A program made the translations under genes and the position numbers. Under the pieces are notes generated by a model, which was not told the origin of the DNA, searched no databases, and saw only the letters and a list, made by a program, of their open reading frames with translations. Below, one piece after another: positions 10,632-21,888 of a stretch of 36,270 bases of DNA; position 1 is the first letter of the stretch; each line of letters begins with the position of its first letter. The DNA is from Octopus bimaculoides. Lineage: Eukaryota. The stretch is taken from NCBI RefSeq assembly GCF_001194135.2, contig NC_068981.1, positions 7,616,531-7,652,800 on the forward strand, written 5' to 3'.

Positions 10632-10806
10632 AACTAGGGGCAAAATGCTTAGCGGCATTTCATCCGTTTTTACGTTCTGAGTTCAAACGCCGCCGAATTC
10701 GACTTTGCCTTTCATCGATAAAACAAGTACCAGTTATGGGGCTTTTCTAATCTTGCAATCCACTCCCTCAAAATTTCAGGCCTTGTGCCTGTATTCGAAA
10801 AGATAC
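10632..10806 (+). mobile_element. tRNA-derived SINE family A, copy with degraded head
   Basis: AAAATGCTTAGCGGCATTTC...GAGTTCAAA...GACTTTGCCTTTCATC...AAGTACCAG...AAAATTTCAGGCCTTGTGCC. Confidence 0.8.
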
Positions 10807-10847
10807 TGTGCCTAGTGTAAAAAAGGATATTAATGTGCACGATAATA

Positions 10848-11062
10848 GGGTGAGCTTGCAAAATCATTACTGCGTCAGACAAAATGTTTAGCGGCATTTC
10901 GTCCGTTTTTATGTTCTGGGTACAAATTCCGCTGAGGTTGACTTTGCCTTTAATTCTTTCGGGGTCGATAAAATAAGAATCAGATAAGCACTAGGGTTGA
11001 TGTAATCTACCAATTCCCATCCGTCTCAAATTTTAGGCCATGTGCTTCTATTAGAAAACATA
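10848..11062 (+). mobile_element. tRNA-derived SINE family A, near full length
   Basis: Colinear with the preceding copy: AAAATGTTTAGCGGCATTTCGTCCG...GACTTTGCCTTT...TTTCGGGGTCGATAAAATAAG...AAATTTTAGGCCATGTGC. Confidence 0.85.
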
Positions 11063-11212
11063 TTAATGTGTACAGGAAGCAGAGTCATATTTTAAATCGA
11101 TTCTGTTTAATAAAATTCAGTGAAGATAATCTGTACCTATAAAATCAGTTTAAGTCACTTAAGACGAGAGTGCAGTGAAGAGTGAATGGGATATTCTTCA
11201 GTGTAAAGACAA

Positions 11213-11256
11213 CATTGAACATGTTTCGCCCCTGTAAGAGTTCATCAGTAAAACAG
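11213..11256 (-). ncRNA. Hammerhead-ribozyme-like motif, intact core with decayed stems
   Basis: Minus strand reads CUGAUGA-ACUCUUACAGGGGC-GAAA-CAUGUU-CAA, with a palindromic helix III (ACAUGU) and a GUU triplet. The first base pairs of stem I and stem II are mismatched. Confidence 0.5.
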
Positions 11257-11508
11257 ACTCGTCTCTACTGTTCGATCACAGAATGGAAAGATAAAATGTG
11301 TAGGAGTTTAGTGAAAGAACCTACGGTGAGTGATAACTTAACAGATATCTACATGTATCATTTGTAAATTTAGATTTCACAGCAGTCTATCGGTGCAGAC
11401 GTAACAAATATGTTGGCCTCTAGCATAACAGGCTGCGAAAATGAGATTTAGCGTAACTTCCTGGTTTTGTATACAAACCAAATTCTCTTATCTATTGACT
11501 TATTTTAT

Positions 11509-11663
11509 CTTCTTCTTCTTCTTCTTCTTCTTCTTCTTCTTCTTCTTCTTCTTGTTCTTCTTGTTCTTCTTCTTCTTTTTCTTCTTCTTCTTCTTCTTCT
11601 TCTTCTTCTTCTTCTTCTTCTTCTTCTTCTTCTTCTTCTTCTTCTTCTTCTTCTTCTTCTTCT
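11509..11663. repeat. (CTT)n microsatellite
   Basis: Read directly from the sequence. Confidence 0.97.
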
Positions 11664-11867
11664 TGTAGATAATCTAGCAAAAGATCTTCGTACAAACCAG
11701 AGATTGCTAACAAGCTGTGTGTTTACGCTATCATCTTGTCGCTGTGTTTATAAGTTTATAAGCCTGCAGATTATAAACCGGAAACAAAATAAAGAAAGAA
11801 ATTTAAAACAACAACAACTGAACGAGAAATCTTTGCTGTGAATCAGAATCAGAGAGTCAAAGAAGAA

Positions 11868-12278
11868 ATTATGATTATTTCTTTTTATGCTAGATTTTGT
11901 TGGAACTCCTCGAGTGTCGCATGTGTAGCGGGCTTGCTGCCGCAGCCTACCGTACCATGCTATTTGTTCTTTACAACTTTCCTAATTATTCTGGCCGTGC
12001 CAAGGAGGCAAAACTTTTGTAGCAGTTCTACCGGGCACTCTATTCCGATTTCTTTTATATTCCTCTTGATGCTTCCTGATTCTGTCTCCAAGAACCCAAC
12101 AGTAATTGGCACAATCTTTATCCTCCTTATTTTCTATAGACGGGCTCTTTCGTACATTTACTTTTTGTGTTTCTTCTCGACTATTTGTGGGTCAAAGGAG
12201 CACGTAACATCAACTATATAGTATATATCTGGTGCACTTTGTCCACCACCGCTAGGTCCCGTCTGTTATGTTCTACCC
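11868..12278 (-). mobile_element. R4/Dong-type LINE 3' end (REL domain), subfamily A
   Basis: Minus translation gives HNRRDLAVVDK, DVTCSFDPQIVEKK, IVPITVGFL and ELLQKFCLLGTARIIRKV, then a 3' UTR ending AAATAATCATAAT. Confidence 0.8.
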
Positions 12279-12590
12279 TTATTATTATTATTATTATTAT
12301 TATTATTTTATTGCCTTTGCACAGCTTCTAACGCTGGAGATGTAGTACGGTGTCAGCTTTTCACTATCAGTGAACTAAGGTAGCATCCATTATTTGTCGA
12401 GCACCCTCCGGAGTATCCGAACGGTTCCAAGCAGTGCTGTTTTCTGCAAGTGCTCCACCCTTATTGCAGCCCCTATTTGTTCCATGTACTTCTCAACATT
12501 TTTACTCACTGTTCCCAGGGCTCCGACAATTATTGGTACTACTACCAACTTTTTCAGCGACCACAACAGTTTAACCTTCTAAGCAAACCT
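12279..12590 (-). mobile_element. R4/Dong-type LINE 3' end, subfamily B, with (TAA)n tail (12279-12307)
   Basis: LWSLKKLVVVPIIVGALGTVSKNVEKYMEQIGAAIRVEHLQKTALLGTVRILRRVLDK*, then a short UTR and a (TAA) tract. Confidence 0.88.
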
Positions 12591-12599
12591 GTCATATTT

Positions 12600-13770
12600 A
12601 TTGATTTTTCTATTCAATAGCCTTATTTATATTCGTGCTTTCACTTCACTACCGAGTGCAGTTCTGTATGCCTTGTGTATGTGCTGTACTTTGTGGTGGT
12701 GCTCTTATTTTCATTGTATTCAATGTGTTTTGTGTAAGATGAGTGCGGTGCCTAGTTGTGCTATTTTTTGTATGTTATCTATACATGTAAGCCCTGGAGT
12801 TTTTATTATATATTTATCTGAATGTTTTGTGTCATACCTAATGCGCCCACTATGATAGGAATTGTTCCTGTTTTTAGACTCCACATTCGAGTTACCTCTA
12901 TTTCCAGATCTTTGTAATTTGAAAGTTTCTCCATTTCTTTTAAAGAAATATTGTCATCTGTTGGTAGTGATATATCGATTAGAAAGCATTTTTTTTCCTT
13001 CATGATCTTTGACAACTCTATCCGGCCTATTGGCTTTAATTTTTTTATATGTATTGGCATATCCCAGAGTATGGTTGCTTTCTCATTTTCAGTAAGCTTT
13101 TCTGAGGAGCGCCTATACCATCATTTTTCTGTTCTTATTCTATAGTGTTGGCATAAACTCCAGTGTATGTAGGTCCCAACTCTGTCGTATCTGTGAATAT
13201 ATTCCTTCTTAGCCAGGACTGGGCAGCCAGAGACAATATGATTTACTGTTTCTTCATCACCACATATTCCGCATTTACGTGTCTTTCTTTTCATTAACTG
13301 GTTTTGGTAATTTCTGGTGGGAAAGCTTTGATCTTGTGCTGCAATTAAAAATCTTATTTCATTTGCTGTATCAAGTGTGATGTTGCTACTCTTAACTAGT
13401 TTTCCTCTTTTCAAAGTTGCTTTGGCACATTTTTCTAAGCTAAGTTTCATGTTTATTTTTTTGGTAAATCCATGTACTGTCTGTAGTAATGTTTCCAGCT
13501 GTTTGTCGTTTGTATCATATAGTTTTAGATCATTTGTATATAAAGGGTAGCTGATTATTTTGCCGTAACAGTTGTATCCTCATCCAGTTCTATTTAGCAT
13601 GTCAGATAAATGTGCTAGTTTCAAGCAGAAAAGGAGTGGAGAGACCGTGTCTCCTTGGAATATTCCTCTTCTAATGGGGATGGCTTTGGTTTTTATGAGT
13701 CCCTATTTTGTCTGGAGCTGTAGCACTATTTGCCATTTATTCCTGGAATGTTTTATATCTTTTATATATT
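12600..13770 (-). mobile_element. R4/Dong-type LINE, subfamily C (RT remnant, CCHC finger, REL), internally deleted
   Basis: RRGIFQGDTVSPLLFCL, YTNDLKLY, FLIAAQDQSFPTRNY, CGICGDEETVNHIVSGC (CCHC), NRPDRVVKD..KCFLIDIS (PD..D REL core), IPIIVGALG and QKIAQLGTALIL. Confidence 0.9.
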
Positions 13771-13989
13771 CTATGACCGTCCCTGCACCATTTGTTATCA
13801 CCAGGCAAACCGACACTACCACTGACAGCATCACCACCAACCATATGACCAGAGACGAAATCCACGGTGATAACACCCGCGGAGACGGCAGACGTACCAA
13901 CACCGCTGGATCATTGCGCCATAACGACAGCATCAACACCGGTGATACCAACAACATCCTCACGCCCGGAGCCCACCAGAGATACACCA

Positions 13990-14570
13990 GGAGTGCGAAT
14001 ATAGCCACCTCCCAAGCTTGTAAATATATCGGATCGGCCAGTACATCTTTCAAGTGAGACTTCCACAACCATCAGTCATCCTTCAGAGACCCAGAAAGAC
14101 GTTTTGTCACGTCCCTGACCAGCCATGCGTGGCACCTCAAAGATCAAGGGACCCTATATGATATCAGATGGGAGATAATAGAACATCCAGGCCCATATAT
14201 TAATGGGAGTGGCATCGTAGAGAGAACCAAAATTCTTAAGAACTATGCTAAGCCTAGCACGTTAAATAATCGTAAAGGAATGTCCTCAAATGTGTTAATT
14301 TGAAGAGCTACCGACTGGAAAACTATATCTCCCTGTTTGCTGGTTAGGTTACTACGAGACTGTAAAGCTTTTGATTATAGCTTCTTTTATCCTCTGGTCC
14401 AGGGGATATAACCCGCCCTCAATAATGTTTTATAGGTGAGCCGTTGGACCTCGTTAACGTAGCATTTCCTCACGTCCTCGAGGTAGAAAGTTAAATTTGT
14501 CTTTGTACAGAGTCGGATGAGCTGTCAACAAGGCTTTAGCTTTCGTCGATACGAAACCATTGGTGCCTTT
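13990..14570 (+). mobile_element. Penelope-like element, GIY-YIG endonuclease region plus 3' region
   Basis: KYIGSASTSFK*DFHNHQSSFRDPERRFVTSLTSHAWHLKDQGTLYDIRWEIIEHPGPYINGSG matches the PLE GIY-YIG C-terminal pattern. A hammerhead-like relic lies at 14514-14565. Confidence 0.75.
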
Positions 14571-14639
14571 ATGACTAAAATGTAACTATTTTAAAAAAAA
14601 TATATATATATGAAATTAAAAATATTGGATTTCTAAATC

Positions 14640-14845
14640 TCTCAGAGAGACTTACACAATAGCAGCACGATAAAGTGATGGTTTGTTGCCAACTTAATGT
14701 GGCAGTCCCAGGAAGGGAAAAATGCTGCTGCTACTTAGCCCCAGGAAACACTGTTTCCAGTTGGCCATGTGACTCAAGCGTACTGTGTCCTTATGTTTTC
14801 AAACAGGGGAGATAAGATATTGGTGCACTGTTGTACCACTATCTT
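14640..14845. mobile_element. Unclassified interspersed repeat
   Basis: Recognised only from recall of octopus-type repeats (CTCAGAGAG...ACACAATAGCAGCACGATAAA...). No second copy in the window. Confidence 0.3.
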
Positions 14846-14846
14846 T

Positions 14847-14880
<34 letters not shown>

Positions 14881-15071
14881 NNNNNNNNNNNNNNNNNNNN
14901 NNNNNNNNNNNNNNNNNNNNNNNNNNNNNNNNNNNNNNNNNNNNNNNNNNNNNNNNNNNNNNNNNNNNNNNNNNNNNNNNNNNNNNNNNNNNNNNNNNNN
15001 NNNNNNNNNNNNNNNNNNNNNNNNNNNNNNNNNNNNNNNNNNNNNNNNNNNNNNNNNNNNNNNNNNNNNNN

Positions 15072-15119
15072 GGAAAACGATCGTACTGCATTACCTCTGG
15101 ATATCCTTGTTGCTTATTT

Positions 15120-15150
<31 letters not shown>

Positions 15151-15680
15151 CTCCCAAGTCCGGCACGTGCTTCCTAAAGCACACCGGCCCATCCATGAGA
15201 AAAGCTCTGTCCAAGAACAACACCTCTCACTACTCTGAGGAGTGCACACTGTCGAACTGCCCCACCAATGATGCTGAATTGTGCCAGAATACCTATGTTA
15301 TATATGAGATCATCTGTGGCGCATCCTATATCGGAAGCACGACAAGAAAACTGCATTTACGCATTAAGGAACACATGCAGTTAGATACTTCCGTGAAGAA
15401 ACATCTACGGAAATGCCTGACCCGGGAATTCACAGTGCACATCAAGGCAACATAGTGGAACAGAGGAAACCTCAGAATTTCTGAGGTTATCCTCATACAC
15501 TAAAAAAAGAACCAAAATCAATAATAGAAGGGAGTTACAGAAAGCTAGCTGGTTGCTATAGCAACACCCTTCTGCGCATATCCAATCCACACACGCTCAC
15601 ACACACGTACATCGGCAACATTCGTCAATTTCTTGAAAATGGGGTCATAAACCTGAAATATTGAATACAAGGTAAGTCTA
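15072..15680 (+). mobile_element. Penelope-like element 3' fragment with GIY-YIG endonuclease, interrupted by (AT)n at 15122-15150
   Basis: ORF 15195..15455 gives CTLSNCP...VIYEIICGASYIGSTTRKLHLRIKEH, the classic VY-x-I-x-C...YIG-x-T-x-R-x-L-x-x-R-x-x-EH motif. A hammerhead-like relic lies at 15630-15665. Confidence 0.85.
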
Positions 15681-15769
15681 CATTAATTCACATATTTATT
15701 TTCTTGTGATTTACCTTTCATTTACTTCGCATTGTTTTGGCCTTCCGCACGATCTTTTATACAATATAC

Positions 15770-15980
<211 letters not shown>

Positions 15981-16132
15981 TGTCAGTCGAGTTCCAGATT
16001 ATCCTTGCAGTTTCGGCTGGTTATAATCGATAGTGGTACAACAATGCACCAACATCTTATACTTTAACCTGATGGTGCTTTGATTTACTGGGAAGCAATA
16101 CTACTGTATTGCACAATTTAATAATTCTTTTC

Positions 16133-16171
<39 letters not shown>

Positions 16172-16529
16172 GTAAGATTCGGTTGAATTAGGGACTTAAA
16201 TTGAGGCACCTCGTTAGTTCGGAATAATAAACACACACAACGATATTATGTAAATATCAAAACTCGGTACATAAGTACCGGTCGAAGGATATTCCTGCAG
16301 AATATGGAGACAATTAGACCCAGCTGAGTGAAGAAATCCGCTCTTGAGCTTTTCAGATATGCACATTATATTAAAATATACGGTTCACAATATATACGAA
16401 GGGCAGATTCCGAGACAGGTGAATAAAATATGAATGATGTGTGTGTATGTGAGTGCTTACGTGTGTGTGTATGTATTTCCGTGTCTTTTTAAAATCATCT
16501 TGATTATCTCTGTAAAATAGCTGCCATTA

Positions 16530-16588
16530 TCATTATCACCACCACCACCACCACCACCAATACTACAGCTGTCACTATCGCTGCTGCT

Positions 16589-16621
<33 letters not shown>

Positions 16622-16632
16622 TCTGCTGCCGC
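16530..16632. repeat. Compound (CAC)n-(GCT)n-(GGC)10 trinucleotide tract
   Basis: Read directly; pure (GGC)10 at 16591-16620. Confidence 0.95.
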
Positions 16633-18084
16633 CACAGTGAACACTTTCGCTGTTTGAACGTCGTCATCATTTCCACCTGAAGAAAATTACGTTTGTCTAT
16701 ATTATTTTTCCTAAAATAATTAATTTTCATTCTTTTTCAATTTTACTTTTATTTCATTTCATTCCAATTTCAATAAAATATCCGATTCATTAATTAGTTA
16801 ATTATTTTTTTCCTTCATTTCGGTTTTGGAATTCTATGCTTTTGTTTGTTTTGTGTGTCCTTGAGCGACGGGAATTAACCCCGGTTCACACATTTTGCAT
16901 CTGTGCCGTTTAAGTATCGATGGATGATAGATATTTGCGGAAGATTATGAGTGTGTGCGTACAGAGAGAGAGAGACACACACAGAGTATATGTATATGTG
17001 TATAAATATACATTGACACATACACACACACACATACATACACACTTCAGAAATGAAACCGCCCGTGGACTGTTAGCGATTTATCCTCATTTTCCCTTCT
17101 TTCTCCTTGGACTTTCCTGTTTCAAACCAAGAGCTAGAAACGATAAGAACAACTCTCTTCTTTCACCGAAACGTTAAATTAATATATTGCTTGTGCACGT
17201 CCTCACGTTCGTTTTTTTTTCTTCATTTTTTTTGTTTCTGTTTTTCAATTGTNNNNNNNNNNNNNNNNNNNNNNNNNNNNNNNNNNNNNNNNNNNNNNNN
17301 NNNNNNNNNNNNNNNNNNNNNNNNNNNNNNNNNNNNNNNNNNNNNNNNNNNNNNNNNNNNNNNNNNNNNNNNNNNNNNNNNNNNNNNNNNNNNNNNNNNN
17401 NNNNNNNNNNNNNNNNNNNNNNNNNNNNNNNNNNNNNNNNNNNNNNNNNNNNNNNNNNNNNNNNNNNNNNNNNNNNNNNNNNNNNNNNNNNNNNNNNNNN
17501 NNNNNNNNNNNNNNNNNNNNNNNNNNNNNNNNNNNNNNNNNNNTATATATATATATATATATATATATCCACCACTTCTTGAGTGTGACATTGTCGCGGC
17601 GAAGAGGATTGCATGTTTCGTAGATCCGAAGAGTCTATAAGGTGAGCCGCGGCGGGTAGGCTCATTGCCAAGATGGAAGCCCCAGCTACAGTCAATGGAG
17701 GGCAAACAACCTGACAACTTGTCCAGAAGAACCCTCGACCTGTTACGACACCGACCAAAAGAAACCAAATTGCTCCCCCCACCACACCGTCCCAAAAGAC
17801 CCCTAAATGCCCCTGACATTTTGATGGATGCAGAAGGACTGGCATAGCACCTCCGGTGATGGGGGCTACTGGTGGACCTGATCTGGGATAACTTCAGCTC
17901 CATCAACCAAGCGTGTAAAAGAGAGTACACACACACACACACACTCACACACACGCACACACACACACAGATATGTATGCTCCTATGTATAATGTTTATT
18001 ACATTAAACGTTGCCAGTCTGCTCTTGCCTGGGCTATTCACGATTGTCGTGAACAGGCCAACCAATGGAAAAACTCTGACAGCC

Positions 18085-18150
18085 TCTCAAGTTTAAGGCA
18101 ATGCCCTAATATGGCCGCAACCTGTGGCTGAAACAAGTATAAGCGAAAGA
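18085..18150 (+). mobile_element. SINE-like 3' tail fragment
   Basis: ATGGCCGCA...CTGAAACAAG resembles the family B tail CCAGCATGGCCGCAGTC...TGAAACAAG at 22493-22526. Confidence 0.45.
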
Positions 18151-19407
18151 AATATCTATCGGCTTAACTCAAGATATTGTTGTATATCCTTTAATATTTG
18201 CTCTGTATAAAATATACCAAATACACTTAGCAACTCTTAACTTACGATCGCGTTTGTGTATGTGTGTATGAATGTATAGGTTGTGTTGATATCGATATCG
18301 AGAGAGAGAGGGGGAGAGAAAGAGAGAAAAGGAGAGAGGGGGAGAGAAAGAAAGAGAGTAAAAACGAACCAAAGCATTTATACAAAACTAAATGAAGAAA
18401 TGATTTCGAAGGTAACAGATGAATCCCTGAGTTGATGCGTTATAACATCCTCTGCCATTTAAATATGGTTTAGCATTTCAATCTATGACTCATGGGTATT
18501 ATAGTTTATTCGTCTACAAATCCCAGACTCAAGCCATTTTTTATTTTTCATGCCATAAGTAACTGTTCCTGAAATTTCACCATTACGATTTGTATTTAAA
18601 CATTATCAAAATCCTCTCAATTAAAATAAAACCTTCAGCAATAACTGGAATGTGTCGGTCAGAATTTATAAACGGACTCCACATTTAAAATATTTTATTT
18701 ATAAGAAAGAACGATGCCTCGCATAATATTCGAGAATATTTCTAACCATTCTCAAAGCTAATTAACAGACATCCAAAGCCGAACTTTCACTTCAATTTGT
18801 CTTTCTAATATTCGCTGAGATTATCGTTGCTGTCTTACTTTACAATGCAAGGTTATACATTCATTATACGCTGGCTTCTTATCTGTTCTACACCAGCTTG
18901 TTTTAATCAAAATACACTCACATCATATTGAGTTTATTAAGAACATTTCACCTCCTCTGATATCTGACACATTCAGCATCGAAGATCTTTGGTGTTTGTT
19001 TTTATTTTTCTCCTTATTTTAATTATATTTCGTCTTTGATATAATGTAGATTTGCGGGAGAGATATGATCTCCAAGACATTGCTTACCGAAAATCTTGAT
19101 AACGTCAATGCAACACAGCTGTTTCCATAATTGAAGATAGAATGACTGCTACCATCTTAACAAAATTTGTAATCGTTTGAACACAAATTCAGACATTGAT
19201 TAACCTGACTTATATACAATAGATAGTTTTTTTTTTTTTGTATTGAGGACAAATTAGCCAAGTTATTCGGTTCTAATTGCCAGTCATCCATGCAAACCAA
19301 CTCCTGTCAAAAGCTGACATGAAAAAGCGACTGAAAGATCATCCCAGGTATATTGCTGTTGTTGTTATTTGTATTATTAATCAGTATCGCTCAAAGAGTT
19401 TATACCT

Positions 19408-19408
19408 G

Positions 19409-19470
<62 letters not shown>
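19408..19470. repeat. (CT)n microsatellite
   Basis: Read directly from the sequence. Confidence 0.97.
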
Positions 19471-19475
<5 letters not shown>

Positions 19476-19780
19476 AATGTAAAAACGTAAAAATGATGCC
19501 GGATGTTCTCAGTGAGGGTTATAATCCGGGTTGGTTTTAAAGGACAAGTTGTGAATGAAGATGAGACTCACCCGCCCCCACTCCCTTCCCCCTCTTTCAT
19601 TCTCTCTCTCTCTCTTTAAAGCACACGCCACGCGCGCGCGCGTTTGGTTAAGCGTAAGTAAACATGGAAATGTGACTTTATGTACAGGAGTACGTATGCA
19701 TACACACACGCGTAGAAACACATACACAATTAGGGGTCGTCTGTTCTATCAACCAAGCAATGAATATATATCAAATTTTG

Positions 19781-20115
19781 AAGGTCTACTGGCTGAACAG
19801 GATCACGAATAACCAAGGCTAACGGGAAACCAATAAGAGAAACTATTTCAGCAAAGGAGATGAAAATGGCTGGGTCGAGTTTGCTGCTAGAAATCGAACT
19901 CATTTGTAAGGGTCGCTTTGCAATGGGTTCGACAAGGTAAAAGAAGATGATGGCCGACCAAAGGAAACGTGGTGGGGAACAATAACAAAAGATCTTAAAG
20001 GCAGAAGGTTAACAATGGAAGAAGCTGTCAAGGATGATTTCAGTGTTAGAAGGTGGAATGATCCTGCTGTCGCCTCAAGTGCCACAAGGCACAATGAGAA
20101 CCGATTGAATGAATA
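19781..20115 (+). mobile_element. RTE-clade LINE 3' end, decayed
   Basis: KVYWLNRITN, (frameshifted) RRWKWLGRV, GRPKETWWGTITKDLKGRRLTMEEA and ATRHNE fit the RTE ORF2 C-terminus (I.WPNKISN..RRWKWLGHV..GRPK.TW). Confidence 0.75.
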
Positions 20116-20252
20116 ATATACTAGGAAATGGCTGACGACTAGCATCACACTTGAAACTCAAAAGTATCAACGAAATTGAATCAAACTGTTTTGAACCAGT
20201 CATATAACTCCCGATAAATTCGTTGAGTGTCCTTTTTTCGTTTGTCCACTCA

Positions 20253-20298
<46 letters not shown>

Positions 20299-21599
20299 TA
20301 CATATATATACTCACACACACATACACACACACATACACATACACACACACACACATATANNNNNNNNNNNNNNNNNNNNNNNNNNNNNNNNNNNNNNNN
20401 NNNNNNNNNNNNNNNNNNNNNNNNNNNNNNNNNNNNNNNNNNNNNNNNNNNNNNNNNNNNNNNNNNNNNNNNNNNNNNNNNNNNNNNNNNNNNNNNNNNN
20501 NNNNNNNNNNNNNNNNNNNNNNNNNNNNNNNNNNNNNNNNNNNNNNNNNNNNNNNNNNNNNNNNNNNNNNNNNNNNNNNNNNNNNNNNNNNNNNNNNNNN
20601 NNNNNNNNNNNNNNNNNNNNNNNNNNNNNNNNNNNNNNNNNNNNNNNNNNNNNNNNNNNNNNNNNNNNNNNNNNNNNNNNNNNNNNNNNNNNNNNNNNNN
20701 NNNNNNNNNNNNNNNNNNNNNNNNNNNNNNNNNNNNNNNNNNNNNNNNNNNNNNNNNNNNNNNNNNNNNNNNNNNNNNNNNNNNNNNNNNNNNNNNNNNN
20801 NNNNNNNNNNNNNNNNNNNNNNNNNNNNNNNNNNNNNNNNNNNNNNNNNNNNNNNNNNNNNNNNNNNNNNNNNNNNNNNNNNNNNNNNNNNNNNNNNNNN
20901 NNNNNNNNNNNNNNNNNNNNNNNNNNNNNNNNNNNNNNNNNNNNNNNNNNNNNNNNNNNNNNNNNNNNNNNNNNNNNNNNNNNNNNNNNNNNNNNNNNNN
21001 NNNNNNNNNNNNNNNNNNNNNNNNNNNNNNNNNNNNNNNNNNNNNNNNNNNNNNNNNNNNNNNNNNNNNNNNNNNNNNNNNNNNNNNNNNNNNNNNNNNN
21101 NNNNNNNNNNNNNNNNNNNNNNNNNNNNNNNNNNNNNNNNNNNNNNNNNNNNNNNNNNNNNNNNNNNNNNNNNNNNNNNNNNNNNNNNNNNNNNNNNNNN
21201 NNNNNNNNNNNNNNATATATATGTATATATACATATAATACCTAGGCAGTTATTTAACTGGAAATAACATATAAAGACGTATGTTTGTTATTTAACCGAT
21301 TAAGTTTTGAGGTTTTTGCAGTGTACTTAAAACTACATCAGTTTTGGTTCACTACCATCTGGTGCATCTCGAAGAGTTGTTAGTTTCTATAAGGCATCAG
21401 AAATTCTTCAAACACACCACACGGAACCGGTGTCTCATGGAAGGAAAGTCAGTGTCAACACCTGTTTTTTTCTTCTTGATAACCTTGTCTAATGTTATAT
21501 GGCAGATCTCTTCAATTGACACGTGTTTTTACTGAAGTAAATTTGGGCTCTCTCTAACACATATCTTTTTTATCTGCTATCTAACTTCACAAAATGTAC

Positions 21600-21641
<42 letters not shown>

Positions 21642-21842
21642 TTAAGCGTTTAAATATGTATATGTATGTGTGTCTGTGCGCGCATGCGTGTAAGTATGCA
21701 CAGATTTTCTTTATTTATTTATGTATGTATTTATTGAACGGAGTAACGGACAAAGTATTTGAAAAACATGAATTATCCACGTGACATTAGAGTTGCTTTT
21801 ATAATTTGTTGCAGAATTATCTAGGGAAATACAATTAACCTC

Positions 21843-21887
<45 letters not shown>
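21843..21887. repeat. (AAT)n microsatellite
   Basis: Read directly from the sequence. Confidence 0.97.

Positions 21888-21888
<1 letters not shown>

Noticed and set aside
13572-14068. 161-aa and 121-aa ORFs as host genes
   Set aside because: They straddle the Dong C and Penelope junction and read mostly off-frame TE sequence.
16632-16700. Possible hammerhead relics on either strand (also 17120-17180 and 22095-22150)
   Set aside because: Core bases are missing or stem I is absent, so they are too degenerate to call.
19085-19210. Minus-strand exon ending at a strong TCG|GTAAGC donor
   Set aside because: From the best upstream acceptor all three frames hit stops, and the alternative acceptor is weak. 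It could be a UTR exon but is unsupported.
20132-20165. CTGACGA...GAAA motif
   Set aside because: The intervening sequence cannot pair as stem II, and there is no NUH in register.
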